Shown here: piece after piece, positions 54,891 through 63,960 of the stretch
Numbering within the stretch: position 1 is the stretch's first letter
Layout: each line of letters opens with the position of its first letter
Source of the DNA: Thermoplasmata archaeon
GTDB lineage: Archaea > Thermoplasmatota > Thermoplasmata > Lutacidiplasmatales > UBA184
Direction of reading: 5' to 3'
Assembly: GCA_021844945.1 (NCBI GenBank)
Contig: JAKBSJ010000002.1
Location: 230,965-294,964, forward strand
DNA: 64,000 bases
Program-made: the position numbers and the translations under genes
The notes under the pieces: model-generated
Databases searched by the model: none
What the model saw: only the letters and a program-made list of their open reading frames with translations
Told to the model about the DNA's origin: nothing

Positions 54891-56181
54891 GAGACGCTCG
54901 CCGGCCCGACCGGACGTCTACCTTCTCCCCGCAGTCGTCGGAGGGGGCCTCGGCGACATTGACGAGGTACTGTGCGCGGGTCGGTATCTCGCCGACGCCG
55001 GCTTCCCCCTCACGCTCTACCGCGCGCGAGGACGACCTCTTCCCCGGAGCGTCGACGGCCCGTGGAGTTGGCCCCCGCACACGCGAACGGATCGCCTCGT
55101 CCGTCGGGCGCCGAAGGCGCTGACGATCGCTCCGGCGTGGGGGATTAGCGCCGCTCCTTCGCGTGACGAGCCGTACGGTCGGGGCGGACCGTGGGAGGAG
55201 GAGGCGGGGGAGATCGAGCGGACCTACGGCCCCGACGCGACCCTCCATCTGAGCCTGGAGGAGTTCGCCCGTACGTGGACCTCGCGGCGAGAGGTGAAGG
55301 AGCGCTGGCGAGAGGGAGGGATTCCTTCGCGAGAGATCCGACGCCGCGCGCGACGTCGTTCGTTCGCTCGGGAGGCCGCGCGCTTCCATGCATGGTACCG
55401 ACGGTTCCGGGCCTTCGATCGAGCGAACGTGGTCCATCTCTATGCGACGTTCCGGCCGGATCGCGCTTTTGCGCTCGAGTACCCCGAGGCGATCCAGTCG
55501 GGCCCCCTTTGGCCGATCCGGCCGGCCGGAACGGCGCCCGCTACGGACCGACGCGCGCGCTGGGTCTGGTACGCGAGCCCTGCGAGCGCCGAGCGGATCG
55601 CGGGGCGCGTGCTCCGGACCCTGGCGCGGTCCGACCGCCCTCCGTTCCTGTGCATCCGCTCGCCACGCCCATGGCCGCTGTCCATCGATCCCCGCTGCGG
55701 AGCGCTCGAGCTCGAACCCCGCTCTCCGTCCGCGTGGAGGAGCGAGTTCGACCACGCGCAGGTGAGGATCGTCACCGGAAGCCGAACGCTGCTCGAGGCG
55801 ATCGTGCAGGGCGGGCCGTTCCTCTACTTCAACGGCATCCTAGGGGCGGGAAGCGCCGCACGACGCCACCGACCCGAGAAGATCGATCGCCTGCGGGAGG
55901 TCGCCCGCCTTTCGCGATCGGCCCGCCGCGATCTGTCCGATTTTGCGCGGGGCCGTCGTGTCGAAGCCGTCGTGGAGCGCACCCTTCGGGACCCTCCCCG
56001 ACTCCCGGCCCGCTTCCGCGAGCATGTGCGCGGGCAGTTCGCGCCCGAGTGGGGGGACGCGGGCGCGCTCGTCGTGCGAATCGCGCGAGCGTGGGAGCGA
56101 ACGCCGCAACCCAGCGGCATCTTCGTTCGAGACCTGCGGGAGGCCGCTCGTCGATCCGTCCGGCGAACGCATGCAACCTAG
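54883..56181 (+). CDS. uncharacterised protein, possible GT-B-like glycosyltransferase fold
   Basis: 432 aa overlapping the GNAT gene by 8 nt. The N-terminus DVYLLPAVVGGGLGDIDEVLCAGRYLADAG and the C-terminus VRIVTGSRTLLEAIVQGGPFLYFN resemble the layout I recall for EarP/DUF2331-type GT-B enzymes. This is low-confidence and not computed. Confidence 0.35.
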   Translation: MPRRRSPARPDVYLLPAVVGGGLGDIDEVLCAGRYLADAGFPLTLYRARGRPLPRSVDGPWSWPPHTRTDRLVRRAPKALTIAPAWGISAAPSRDEPYGRGGPWEEEAGEIERTYGPDATLHLSLEEFARTWTSRREVKERWREGGIPSREIRRRARRRSFAREAARFHAWYRRFRAFDRANVVHLYATFRPDRAFALEYPEAIQSGPLWPIRPAGTAPATDRRARWVWYASPASAERIAGRVLRTLARSDRPPFLCIRSPRPWPLSIDPRCGALELEPRSPSAWRSEFDHAQVRIVTGSRTLLEAIVQGGPFLYFNGILGAGSAARRHRPEKIDRLREVARLSRSARRDLSDFARGRRVEAVVERTLRDPPRLPARFREHVRGQFAPEWGDAGALVVRIARAWERTPQPSGIFVRDLREAARRSVRRTHAT

Positions 56182-56416
56182 GCTCGGGCCTACGCTACCG
56201 GGACGATGGAGGGACCCCCGACGGGGTCGCATCGTGCCTCGGCCCGTGCCCGCCCGCTGCGGAGCCCACATACGATGCACCCACCGAGCCGCTCGACCGC
56301 GTGAGGTCGATCGGACACCGCCGCTCGGCTATCGATATCGGGTCGGGGCACTCGAACCGCTCCTGACCGGTCGGCCGTGAAGCTCTAAGACTCGCCCACG
56401 GTTCCCCGGGTCGAGG

Positions 56417-56995
56417 ATGACCGTCGCGCGTCTCGGACGTTCGTTCTTCGATCGGCCGACGCGCATCGTGGCGCGGCAACTGATCGGGTGCGAGCTCTGG
56501 ACGCGCGACCCGGGCGTCGAGCGCGGCGTGCGGATCGTGGAGACAGAAGCGTACGTCGGCCGCGACGAAGCCAACCACGCGAACCGGGGTATGACCCGCC
56601 GCAATCGTTCGATGTTCGGCGCTCCCGGGACGCTCTACGTCTACCGCATCCACCGGGTGGTCTGCGCGAACGTCGTCACCCGTCCCGGACAGGCCGTCCT
56701 GATCCGTGCAGGGGAACCCCTGGGGGGGACGCGCGAACTTTGGGCGGGAGGTCCGGGCCGGCTGTGCCGCGCATTGGGGATCACGATCGCGGACGATGGG
56801 ACCGACGCGGCCGCGGGCGCTCGGATCCGCTTCCGTCCTTGGCGCCGTCGGCCCCGCGCGATCGTGAGCGGACCGCGTATCGGGATCTCCCGCGCGGTGG
56901 AACGGCCATTACGGTTCGCCGAAGCGGGATCTCGATACGTTTCCTCTCCGCGCCCGTGGGCGGGTTCCGCGGGGAAGCGCCCTACTTCAGCTTAG
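56417..56995 (+). CDS. mpg: DNA-3-methyladenine glycosylase (AAG/MPG family)
   Basis: It has FFDRPTRIVARQLIG, IVETEAYVGRDE.ANHA, APGTLYVYRIH and GPGRLCRALGIT. Confidence 0.85.
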   Translation: MTVARLGRSFFDRPTRIVARQLIGCELWTRDPGVERGVRIVETEAYVGRDEANHANRGMTRRNRSMFGAPGTLYVYRIHRVVCANVVTRPGQAVLIRAGEPLGGTRELWAGGPGRLCRALGITIADDGTDAAAGARIRFRPWRRRPRAIVSGPRIGISRAVERPLRFAEAGSRYVSSPRPWAGSAGKRPTSA

Positions 56996-57143
56996 CCCAG
57001 TCGTAGCTGCGCCGGCGAGAGTTGTCCCCAAATCCGCAGGAGGCGCAGACGCCTTTCTGGCGGTGGTAGGAGTGGCTGCCGCACCGGCGGCAAATGACGT
57101 GCACGATCTTCCCGCCTCGGCGGGACGGAGTTCCCTTTCCCAT
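56982..57143 (-). CDS. rpl37e: 50S ribosomal protein L37e
   Basis: My own translation (below the ORF-track size cutoff) gives MGKGTPSRRGGKIVHVICRRCGSHSYHRQKGVCASCGFGDNSRRRSYDWAKLK. This has the classic L37e N-terminus and a C4 zinc ribbon. Confidence 0.9.
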   Translation of the reverse strand: MGKGTPSRRGGKIVHVICRRCGSHSYHRQKGVCASCGFGDNSRRRSYDWAKLK

Positions 57144-57199
57144 CGTCGTCCTCCTTGAGCGTCGGCCGCTCGGGGAGGTCGCTCACCGACCCCCTGATT

Positions 57200-57892
57200 T
57201 TAACGTTGCCTCGCGCCCGGACGGCGCCAACGTGCCCCGTTGGATCGGCGAGAACGCTCTCGACGCGGGGTTCGAGGCACGGCGTTCAGGCGGGGGACCA
57301 AGCGTCTCGCGAGCGCCTCCGGTGACGTCCCCGCGCCGACTCGGATGCGACGAATGCCGCGACGGCGACCCCACGCTCCGCTCGCGAGTGAGCGTTCGGT
57401 AGGGGCTACCCGTGCATGCCGCTCGTAGAGCCGCGCCGGATGACCGCGCCGGTCGAGCCGGGCGCGCCGGTCCCTCTCTCGCACCGGAACATCGAGGTAG
57501 AACGTCCGGTGGGGCCATCCGATCTGGCCACCGCGCTCGAGGCGGGAGAACTCCGCCCGGACTCGCGCGAGCACCCACTTCGGGGCGAAGCCGGCGACGA
57601 CGAGGCCCGCAGTGTAGGTCCTTGGTCCCCAGGGGCCCGTGTCCAGGATCACATCCTCCCCGGACGATGCGAGCCGGACCGCCCGCTTCCAGCGTGCGAC
57701 TTCCCGTCGGATCAACCGATGCTCCAGGAGCGCAAGTTCGGTCGGGGTCCGGTATCGCAGCGATACGGCCGGGCCCGATCGATACGCCTCGTCGAGCGTG
57801 GTCCATCCCAAGATCTTCCCAAGACGCCGCACGAGCTCGGTCTTACCCGAGGCCGACGGTCCATCGATCGCGACGATCCGGCCGGCGGGCAT
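57200..57892 (-). CDS. P-loop nucleoside/nucleotide kinase-like protein (dTMP/dNK-kinase fold)
   Basis: The Walker A motif is IVAIDGPSASGKTELVRRL. It also has VILDTGPWGPRTYT and TFYLDVPVRERDRR, which resemble thymidylate-kinase-type blocks. The substrate is unknown. Confidence 0.5.
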   Translation of the reverse strand: MPAGRIVAIDGPSASGKTELVRRLGKILGWTTLDEAYRSGPAVSLRYRTPTELALLEHRLIRREVARWKRAVRLASSGEDVILDTGPWGPRTYTAGLVVAGFAPKWVLARVRAEFSRLERGGQIGWPHRTFYLDVPVRERDRRARLDRRGHPARLYERHARVAPTERSLASGAWGRRRGIRRIRVGAGTSPEALARRLVPRLNAVPRTPRRERSRRSNGARWRRPGARQR

Positions 57893-58086
57893 CGCCCCTC
57901 CACGCGCCCCGGAGGATAGGCGTACCGGCTCCGCGCCCTTATGCGCTCGGGCACGGTCGCGTTCGTGTGCCCGGCGAATGGGAAGGGCGCCACCGCTTCT
58001 CCGCTCGAGTGGTGGAGAGCCACTCTTCCTCCGAGCTCGCCCGCGAGCTGAGCCGGACCGATTCGGACCCCGAGGGCGTCGGGATC

Positions 58087-59226
58087 ATGACCCAGAAAGG
58101 GCGCATCTACGCGGTGCGCCTCGATCGCGTCTCGCTTCGGGCGGCGCCCCTCCTGAAACAGGAGGCCCTCGCCGTGGGCGCCGACTCGGCCCACGCCCGC
58201 GGGATCGCTGACCACTCGGTGAGCGAGACCTCGGTCGTGCTGCTCGCGACCTGGGCCCAGTACCGGCGGCTTATCGAGAAGCTCGAACGCCAGCCGTTCC
58301 AGTTGCGTGCGCTCGGGGCCGAGGTCGAGGCCGCGCTTCGAGCCTACGTGCGGCACGGCCCTCGAACCGTCCGGGGGACCCACCGTTCGCTCGTCGTCGG
58401 GGATCGGCCCCGGGTGATGGGCGTCGTGAACGTGACCCCCGATTCCTTCAGCGATGGAGGCGAGTTCCTCGATCCAGAACGGGCGATCGCTCACGGCCGG
58501 GTGTTGATCGACGAAGGGGCGGACCTGCTCGACATCGGGGGGGAGTCGACCCGGCCCGGGGCCACGCCGATCGATCCGGAGGAGGAATGGCGGCGCATCG
58601 CGCCCGTGGTGCACGCTCTCGCGCAGGAGCAACGGGTGCCGATCAGCGTCGACACGCGCCACGTGAGCGTAGCCGAGCGGGCGCTCCAAGCGGGGGCGGA
58701 CATGATCAACGACGTCAGCGGTCTCGCGGACCCCGAGATGCGACGGGTCGTCCGGGAAGGGAAGGCTGCGGCGATCGTGATGCACATGCGTGGCGAGCCC
58801 GCCACGATGCAGAACGACACCCGGTACGCGGACCTGCGGGGCGAGGTGTTCTCGACGCTCGCGGCCCGAAGCGACGCGGCCCTGCGCGATGGGATCTCGG
58901 CGGACCGGCTCCTGATCGACCCGGGCCTGGGTTTCGGGAAGACCCCTGAGCAGAGCCTGGAGCTCCTCGCGCACTCGGGCGAGCTGCGCAGCCTCGGCTA
59001 TCCGGTCGTGCTCGGTGCCTCGCGCAAGTCGATGCTGGGTTGGGCGCTCGGTTCGGTCGGGTACGCGTCCCGGCTCGAAGCGGGGATCGCGGCCGCCGTG
59101 ATCGCGGCCATGCGCGGGGTCGAGGTCATACGGACCCACGACGTCGCGCCCACCGTGCGAGCGCTCGCCGTGGTCGCGCGGGTCGCGGAGGCTGCGCACG
59201 CACGCCCCGAGCCGCCGGAGTACTAG
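58087..59226 (+). CDS. folP: dihydropteroate synthase with about 100-aa N-terminal extra domain
   Basis: It has VMGVVNVTPDSFSDGG, LLDIGGESTRPGA, SVDT, MINDVSG and IDPGLGFGK. The first ATG is at 58087, but in-frame GTGs at 58009/58012 or 57967 could extend it. Confidence 0.85.
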   Translation: MTQKGRIYAVRLDRVSLRAAPLLKQEALAVGADSAHARGIADHSVSETSVVLLATWAQYRRLIEKLERQPFQLRALGAEVEAALRAYVRHGPRTVRGTHRSLVVGDRPRVMGVVNVTPDSFSDGGEFLDPERAIAHGRVLIDEGADLLDIGGESTRPGATPIDPEEEWRRIAPVVHALAQEQRVPISVDTRHVSVAERALQAGADMINDVSGLADPEMRRVVREGKAAAIVMHMRGEPATMQNDTRYADLRGEVFSTLAARSDAALRDGISADRLLIDPGLGFGKTPEQSLELLAHSGELRSLGYPVVLGASRKSMLGWALGSVGYASRLEAGIAAAVIAAMRGVEVIRTHDVAPTVRALAVVARVAEAAHARPEPPEY

Positions 59227-59423
59227 GGGATCTTCGATTCGTCCAGCGGAGCGTTCGGATCGGGCGTGTCCATCTCGATCACGAACGATCCCATGTAGCC
59301 GCACGTCTGGCAGCGGTATACCTGCCCGGTGATCAACCCGGCTTCGTAGACGAGCCGGGCGGAGCGGCACTGGGGGCAAAGGAGGATCGTATCGCGAGGG
59401 TCCAAGGACCTACGATGCTTCAT
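59223..59423 (-). CDS. small zinc-ribbon protein
   Basis: [47 protein letters not shown] has two CxxC pairs. Its start lies inside the last 14 nt of gyrA. Confidence 0.5.
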   Translation of the reverse strand: MKHRRSLDPRDTILLCPQCRSARLVYEAGLITGQVYRCQTCGYMGSFVIEMDTPDPNAPLDESKIP

Positions 59424-61992
59424 CGCTGTCTCCGTCCGCGTCGGGCCCCTGCGCCGAACCGCGGCCGTCGTCCGTCGGCGGCGCCGTAGGCGCCTCGGGA
59501 TCCTCGAGGGCTTCGGCTCCGTTGTCCGGGTCGACGCCACCGGCTAGGGCGACCGCGTCCCGGACCTCGTCACCCTCGTCCAGGCGAATGACACGCACGC
59601 CCATCGTGCTGCGTCCCTGGGAACGGATCCCCTTCACCGGCGCGCGGATCGTGATGCCGTTGCGCGTCGTCACGAGGACCTCCGCATCCTCGCTCGTCGG
59701 GAGGACGGCAACGACGGATCCGTTCCGACCGCCGGTCGCGATCGTCCGGACGCCTTTCGCTCCGCGCTGGGTCTTGCGATACTCCTCGATCGGCGTGCGC
59801 TTGCCGTATCCCTGGCTCGTCAGGGAGAGGAGGTAGGGCAACTGCGCTCGTACCGGGGCCATCGCGACGACCCGGTCACTCTTCTCGTCGCTCAGGCGGA
59901 CCCCGATCACGCCGTAGGTCGCCCGCCCCATGGGACGCACGTCCGAGAGCGGGAAGCGGACCAGCTGCCCGGCGTGGGTCGCCAGGATCACCTCGACCGA
60001 TGGGTCGTCGATCAACGCCACGTCGACGAGCTCGTCGTTCTCGAGAAGGATCGCCTGGATGCCGCTCGTACGTATGTTCTGGAAGTCGGCGAGCGCGGTC
60101 CGCTTCACGAGCCCCGTGCGGGTCGCGAAGAGCAACGACGCTTCGGCGGTCATGTCGCGGACCGGCAGCAACGTCTGGATCCGCTCGCCGTCCTTGAGCT
60201 TGGGAAGGAGGTTGATCACTGCCTTGCCTTTGGAGTGTCGGCTCCCCTCGGGGAGCTCGTAAGCCTTGAGTCGGTAGACCCGCCCCAGGTTCGTGAAGAA
60301 GAGCACGTCGTCGTGGGTCCGGGTCACGAACGTCCGGATGACGAAATCCTCCTCCTTCGTCTCCATCTGGACCAGGCCCCGTCCGCCCCGGCGCTGGCGT
60401 CGGTACTGGTCGAGCGGAAGGCGCTTGATGTATCCGTCCCGCGTGACCACGACAACCACGTCGGTGTCCGGGATTAGGTCTTCTAGCGTGCGGGCGGTGA
60501 ACGCGGGAACGATCCGCGTGCGGCGCGGGTCGCCGAATTTCTGCTTGAGCTCGGTCAGCTCGGTGACGATGAGCCCGTCGAGCTCCGTCTTCGAGGCGAG
60601 GATCGCCTTCAGCCGACGGATGAGCGCCTCCTTCTCCTCCTTCTCCTTCAGGATCGCCTCGCGCTCGAGCGCGGTGAGCCGGGCGAGGCGCATGTCGAGG
60701 ATCGCCTTCGCCTGCTCGCTCGAGAGGAGGAACTTGCCCATGAGCGACGCCTCGGCCGCGGCGGCGTCCTTGGACCGTCGGATGACCCGGATGACCTCGT
60801 CGATGTGATCGATCGCGGTGAGAAAGCCCTCGAGGAGATGGAGCCGCTCCTCGGCCTTCTTCAGCTCGAACTGCGTGCGTCGGGTGAGGACCTCTCGGCG
60901 CTGGTCGATGTGCAGCTGGAGCAGGTCCCGCAGCGGGAGGACGCGCGGTCGACCGTCGACGATGCACAGGTTGATCACGCCATAGCTCGACTCGAGCGGT
61001 GTGTGCTCGTAGATGCGGTTGAGCACGATCTCGGCGGGCACGTCGCGTCGCAGCTCGAGGACTACGCTCGTTCCGTTCCGATCGGACTCGTCCCGAAGGT
61101 CGGTGATTCCGTCGATCCGCTTCGATTTGACGAGATCGGCGATCAAAAGGAGCAGGTTCGATTTGTTGACCTCGTACGGAATCTCGGTGATGACGATCTC
61201 TTCCTTGCCATCCCGCTCCCGGGTCTCGGCGGTTCCCCGGATGTGGATCATCCCGCGGCCGGTCTCGTAGGCCTCCCGGATCCCTTCCCGGCTCAGGGCT
61301 CCTCCCGTGGGGAAATCGGGCCCGGGAATGAATTTCATCAGCTCGTCGAGGTCCGTCTGCGGTTTCTTGAGCAGCAGCAGGAGCCCGTCGACAATCTCGC
61401 CGAGATTGTGCGGCGGCATGTTGGTTGCCATGCCGACGGCGATCCCGGCCGAGCCGTTGATCAAGAGATTCGGGAGTTTCGCGGGAAGGTAGGCCGGCTC
61501 CTTGAGGGTCCCATCGAAGTTGTCGCTCCACTCAACGGTGTCGCTCTCGATGTCCTGAAGCAGCTCTTCGGCGAGCCGGGAGAGACGGGCCTCGGTGTAC
61601 CGCATCGCGGCCGGCGAGTCCCCATCGATCGATCCGAAGTTTCCCTGCCCTTCGACCAACGGGTAGCGCAGGCTGAACGACTGCGCCATTCGCGCGAGCG
61701 CATCGTAGACCGAGAGATCGCCGTGCGGGTGGTACTTCCCCAGCACCTCGCCGACGGTGCGCGCGCTCTTGCGGAACGCCTTGTCGTGCGTCGCACCGGA
61801 TTCCCACATCGACCACAGGATGCGGCGCTGGACCGGCTTCAGGCCATCTCGGCCGAGCGGCAGGGCCCGGCCGATGATTACGCTCATCGCGTAGTCGATG
61901 TAAGACCGGTGCATCTCCCGCTCCAGCGGGTGATCGCGGACGCGGTCCGCCGCGCCCTCGGTCTCGAGGGTCGGAAGCCCGGGATCGGTCAT
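59410..61992 (-). CDS. gyrA: DNA gyrase subunit A
   Basis: It has [40 protein letters not shown] and AMRYTE (active-site Tyr), plus a beta-pinwheel C-terminal domain and an acidic tail. The start is at the internal ATG 61992. Confidence 0.95.
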   Translation of the reverse strand: MTDPGLPTLETEGAADRVRDHPLEREMHRSYIDYAMSVIIGRALPLGRDGLKPVQRRILWSMWESGATHDKAFRKSARTVGEVLGKYHPHGDLSVYDALARMAQSFSLRYPLVEGQGNFGSIDGDSPAAMRYTEARLSRLAEELLQDIESDTVEWSDNFDGTLKEPAYLPAKLPNLLINGSAGIAVGMATNMPPHNLGEIVDGLLLLLKKPQTDLDELMKFIPGPDFPTGGALSREGIREAYETGRGMIHIRGTAETRERDGKEEIVITEIPYEVNKSNLLLLIADLVKSKRIDGITDLRDESDRNGTSVVLELRRDVPAEIVLNRIYEHTPLESSYGVINLCIVDGRPRVLPLRDLLQLHIDQRREVLTRRTQFELKKAEERLHLLEGFLTAIDHIDEVIRVIRRSKDAAAAEASLMGKFLLSSEQAKAILDMRLARLTALEREAILKEKEEKEALIRRLKAILASKTELDGLIVTELTELKQKFGDPRRTRIVPAFTARTLEDLIPDTDVVVVVTRDGYIKRLPLDQYRRQRRGGRGLVQMETKEEDFVIRTFVTRTHDDVLFFTNLGRVYRLKAYELPEGSRHSKGKAVINLLPKLKDGERIQTLLPVRDMTAEASLLFATRTGLVKRTALADFQNIRTSGIQAILLENDELVDVALIDDPSVEVILATHAGQLVRFPLSDVRPMGRATYGVIGVRLSDEKSDRVVAMAPVRAQLPYLLSLTSQGYGKRTPIEEYRKTQRGAKGVRTIATGGRNGSVVAVLPTSEDAEVLVTTRNGITIRAPVKGIRSQGRSTMGVRVIRLDEGDEVRDAVALAGGVDPDNGAEALEDPEAPTAPPTDDGRGSAQGPDADGDSDEAS

Positions 61993-63383
61993 GGAGCGGC
62001 TCCGGCGGACGGTCGGGGCGCGAGCTGACCTGCGATCTCGCGGTCGAGGATGGCGAGAAAGGCGTCGCGCGAACCATCGGGGATTGTGGCGCCGCTGGCG
62101 ATCCGATGGCCTCCCCCTTCCCCTCGGACCTCCTGAGCGGCGGTACGGCACGCGCTCGCGAGGTCCAGCCCTCGAGCGACGAGCTCCGTCGTCCCACGCC
62201 CGCTGACCTTGATCGGTCCGCCACCCTCGTGCGAGAACGCGAAGACCGGACGCTGCGGATCGAGGAGATAGTTCATCGCGAGTCCTGCTTGCGTGCCCGC
62301 GAGCGCAGTCTCCGGGCTTTCGAACCACTGGAGAGACCGCATCGAATTTATGCCCCCCGCTTCGAGGCGAAGGAGGCCCTCGAGGACCCCTCGACGCCAG
62401 CGTTCCTCGGCGGCCCGCGCGCGGTCCACGGCGGCCGCGTCCCCGAGGGCAATCGCGACCCCAGTGCCGGGCTCACCGGCCCGTCCGCACGCGTTCTGGA
62501 GGTCGGCCAGCTCCTCTGCGTCCATTCCCAACGAAGGGATCGACCACTGTTCTCGCCGGACCATCGCAGCGTAGGTCTCGTTGACCCCGGAGGCCCGCAA
62601 ACGGTCCATGAGCGCCTGCGCGAGCCGGTCCTCTTCCTCCGGAGCGAGCCGGTGGGGGGGGCGATGGCCGTCGATCGCAAGTCCGGCAAGGAGGTCCCGA
62701 ACGCCGTCCGGATGACCTGAGACGCCTCGGACGAACGGATCGACGCTCGTCTCCAGCGCGGTAGCGACGTTCCCCCCGCGGAGCGCGAGGCCCTGATGCG
62801 AAGTGATGAGGGATCGGTGGATCGCCTCCCTTACGAGCACGGCGTTGAGGCCCCGGAAGCCGCCGACATGCTGCCGATCCGCGATCGCTCCCGAGAGTCC
62901 CCACGGGGCGTTGTCCCAGTTCCGGCCGTCGAGGTGGATCGTGAACAACCACGTGAGCGTCGCCGCGCACATCTCGCTCATCCCATCGGTCCCCCAGTCG
63001 AGAGGGTTCACATGGGCAATCCGTCCCGTCCGTGGAGGAGGGTTGGAGTAGCGGTGGTGGTCGAGGACCACGACAGGGTGAGGGTGCTCGGCGAGAAGAT
63101 CGAGCCAGCTCGCTCCCGTGTCCACCACGAGGAGAGGCCCCGACGTGGCCCGCATCAGGTCGGCCATCCGCTCCCGCTCGACTCCGAGCAGCGCCGTCGC
63201 TTGCGTCGGATAGCCGAGCCGCGCGAAGGCGCGCAGTGCGCTCGAGGCGCTCGCGATCCCGTCTCCGTCGTAGTGGTAGATGACCCGCCAGCGCCCCGGG
63301 TGTTCGAGCACGAGGCCCTTTGCCTGGGCGAACTCCTCACCGTAGCGGGTGTCGGAAACGAAATCTTCGGGCCCTTGTGGCAT
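61989..63383 (-). CDS. recJ: DHH-family RecJ/GAN(Cdc45)-like nuclease
   Basis: It has [13 protein letters not shown] (DHH motif I/II region), VVVLDHH (DHH motif), and a DHHA1-like end, [10 protein letters not shown]. Its stop overlaps the gyrA ATG (ATGA). Confidence 0.75.
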   Translation of the reverse strand: MPQGPEDFVSDTRYGEEFAQAKGLVLEHPGRWRVIYHYDGDGIASASSALRAFARLGYPTQATALLGVERERMADLMRATSGPLLVVDTGASWLDLLAEHPHPVVVLDHHRYSNPPPRTGRIAHVNPLDWGTDGMSEMCAATLTWLFTIHLDGRNWDNAPWGLSGAIADRQHVGGFRGLNAVLVREAIHRSLITSHQGLALRGGNVATALETSVDPFVRGVSGHPDGVRDLLAGLAIDGHRPPHRLAPEEEDRLAQALMDRLRASGVNETYAAMVRREQWSIPSLGMDAEELADLQNACGRAGEPGTGVAIALGDAAAVDRARAAEERWRRGVLEGLLRLEAGGINSMRSLQWFESPETALAGTQAGLAMNYLLDPQRPVFAFSHEGGGPIKVSGRGTTELVARGLDLASACRTAAQEVRGEGGGHRIASGATIPDGSRDAFLAILDREIAGQLAPRPSAGAAP

Positions 63384-63838
63384 CACTCCACCTGGAGGGC
63401 AGCCCCCGCGGCGGAGTAGCGCCACGTCTCGGGAAGGACCTTGTGGTCGCGGTAGTAGCGCGCCAGACGGCGGATCCGGGACTCGATGAGCGACAGGCCC
63501 CGCTGGTTCGCCAGGTCCTTCGGGTGCGTCTGCAGGTGGCGCTGGAGGTGGACGACCCGCTTGAGAAGGGCCTGGAGGTCCTCGGGAAGTTCCGTCTGGA
63601 TCCCTTGAACCCTCAGCAGGTCCGTCATCCGCTCGCCCGTGACCGCGCGGACCGAGGGGACTCCGTAGGAATCGCGCAAACGCTGGCCGACCTGCGCCGC
63701 AGTGAGCCCGGTCTTGGACAGGGATACGGCCTGCTCGACGACCTCCTCCCGGGTCTGAGTGACCCAGGCAGGCTTCGTCGCTGGGTACGGGCGGTGAGAA
63801 CCGGCCCGTCCCTTGCGGCTCGAGTGGATGCGCGACAC
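63383..63838 (-). CDS. rps15: 30S ribosomal protein S15 (uS15, S13e-type)
   Basis: 151 aa. It has HSSRKGRAGSHRPY and the C-terminal LSLIESRIRRLARYY. Confidence 0.9.
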   Translation of the reverse strand: MSRIHSSRKGRAGSHRPYPATKPAWVTQTREEVVEQAVSLSKTGLTAAQVGQRLRDSYGVPSVRAVTGERMTDLLRVQGIQTELPEDLQALLKRVVHLQRHLQTHPKDLANQRGLSLIESRIRRLARYYRDHKVLPETWRYSAAGAALQVE

Positions 63839-63862
63839 GGCTCCGCGCGGATTGAGGTCCTG

Positions 63863-63870
63863 TACTTAAG
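63863..63870 (-). promoter_or_regulatory. TATA-like CTTAAGTA 25-32 nt upstream of the rps15 ATG (leaderless-type spacing)
   Basis: The plus strand reads tacttaag at 63863..63870. It could also serve the divergent plus-strand gene that starts at about 63961. Confidence 0.45.
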
Positions 63871-63960
63871 CCTCGCCGGCGAGAAGGCCCTCCGAATGGG
63901 GCGGATCCACGCCCATCGCCGACCTCATACCTCCCTCGAACGTGGGGGTGCGGGAGCAGC

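Noticed and set aside
56182-56416. 235-nt gap before mpg examined for a tRNA or small RNA gene
   Set aside because: I could not fold a cloverleaf, find box C/D elements, or identify a convincing hairpin. It is left unannotated.
61993-62328. 112-aa N-terminal extension of the gyrA ORF, and the 202-aa extension of the recJ ORF (63384..63989)
   Set aside because: The extensions overlap the upstream genes (recJ, rps15) out of frame and are Arg/Pro-rich. Homology starts at the internal Met codons.
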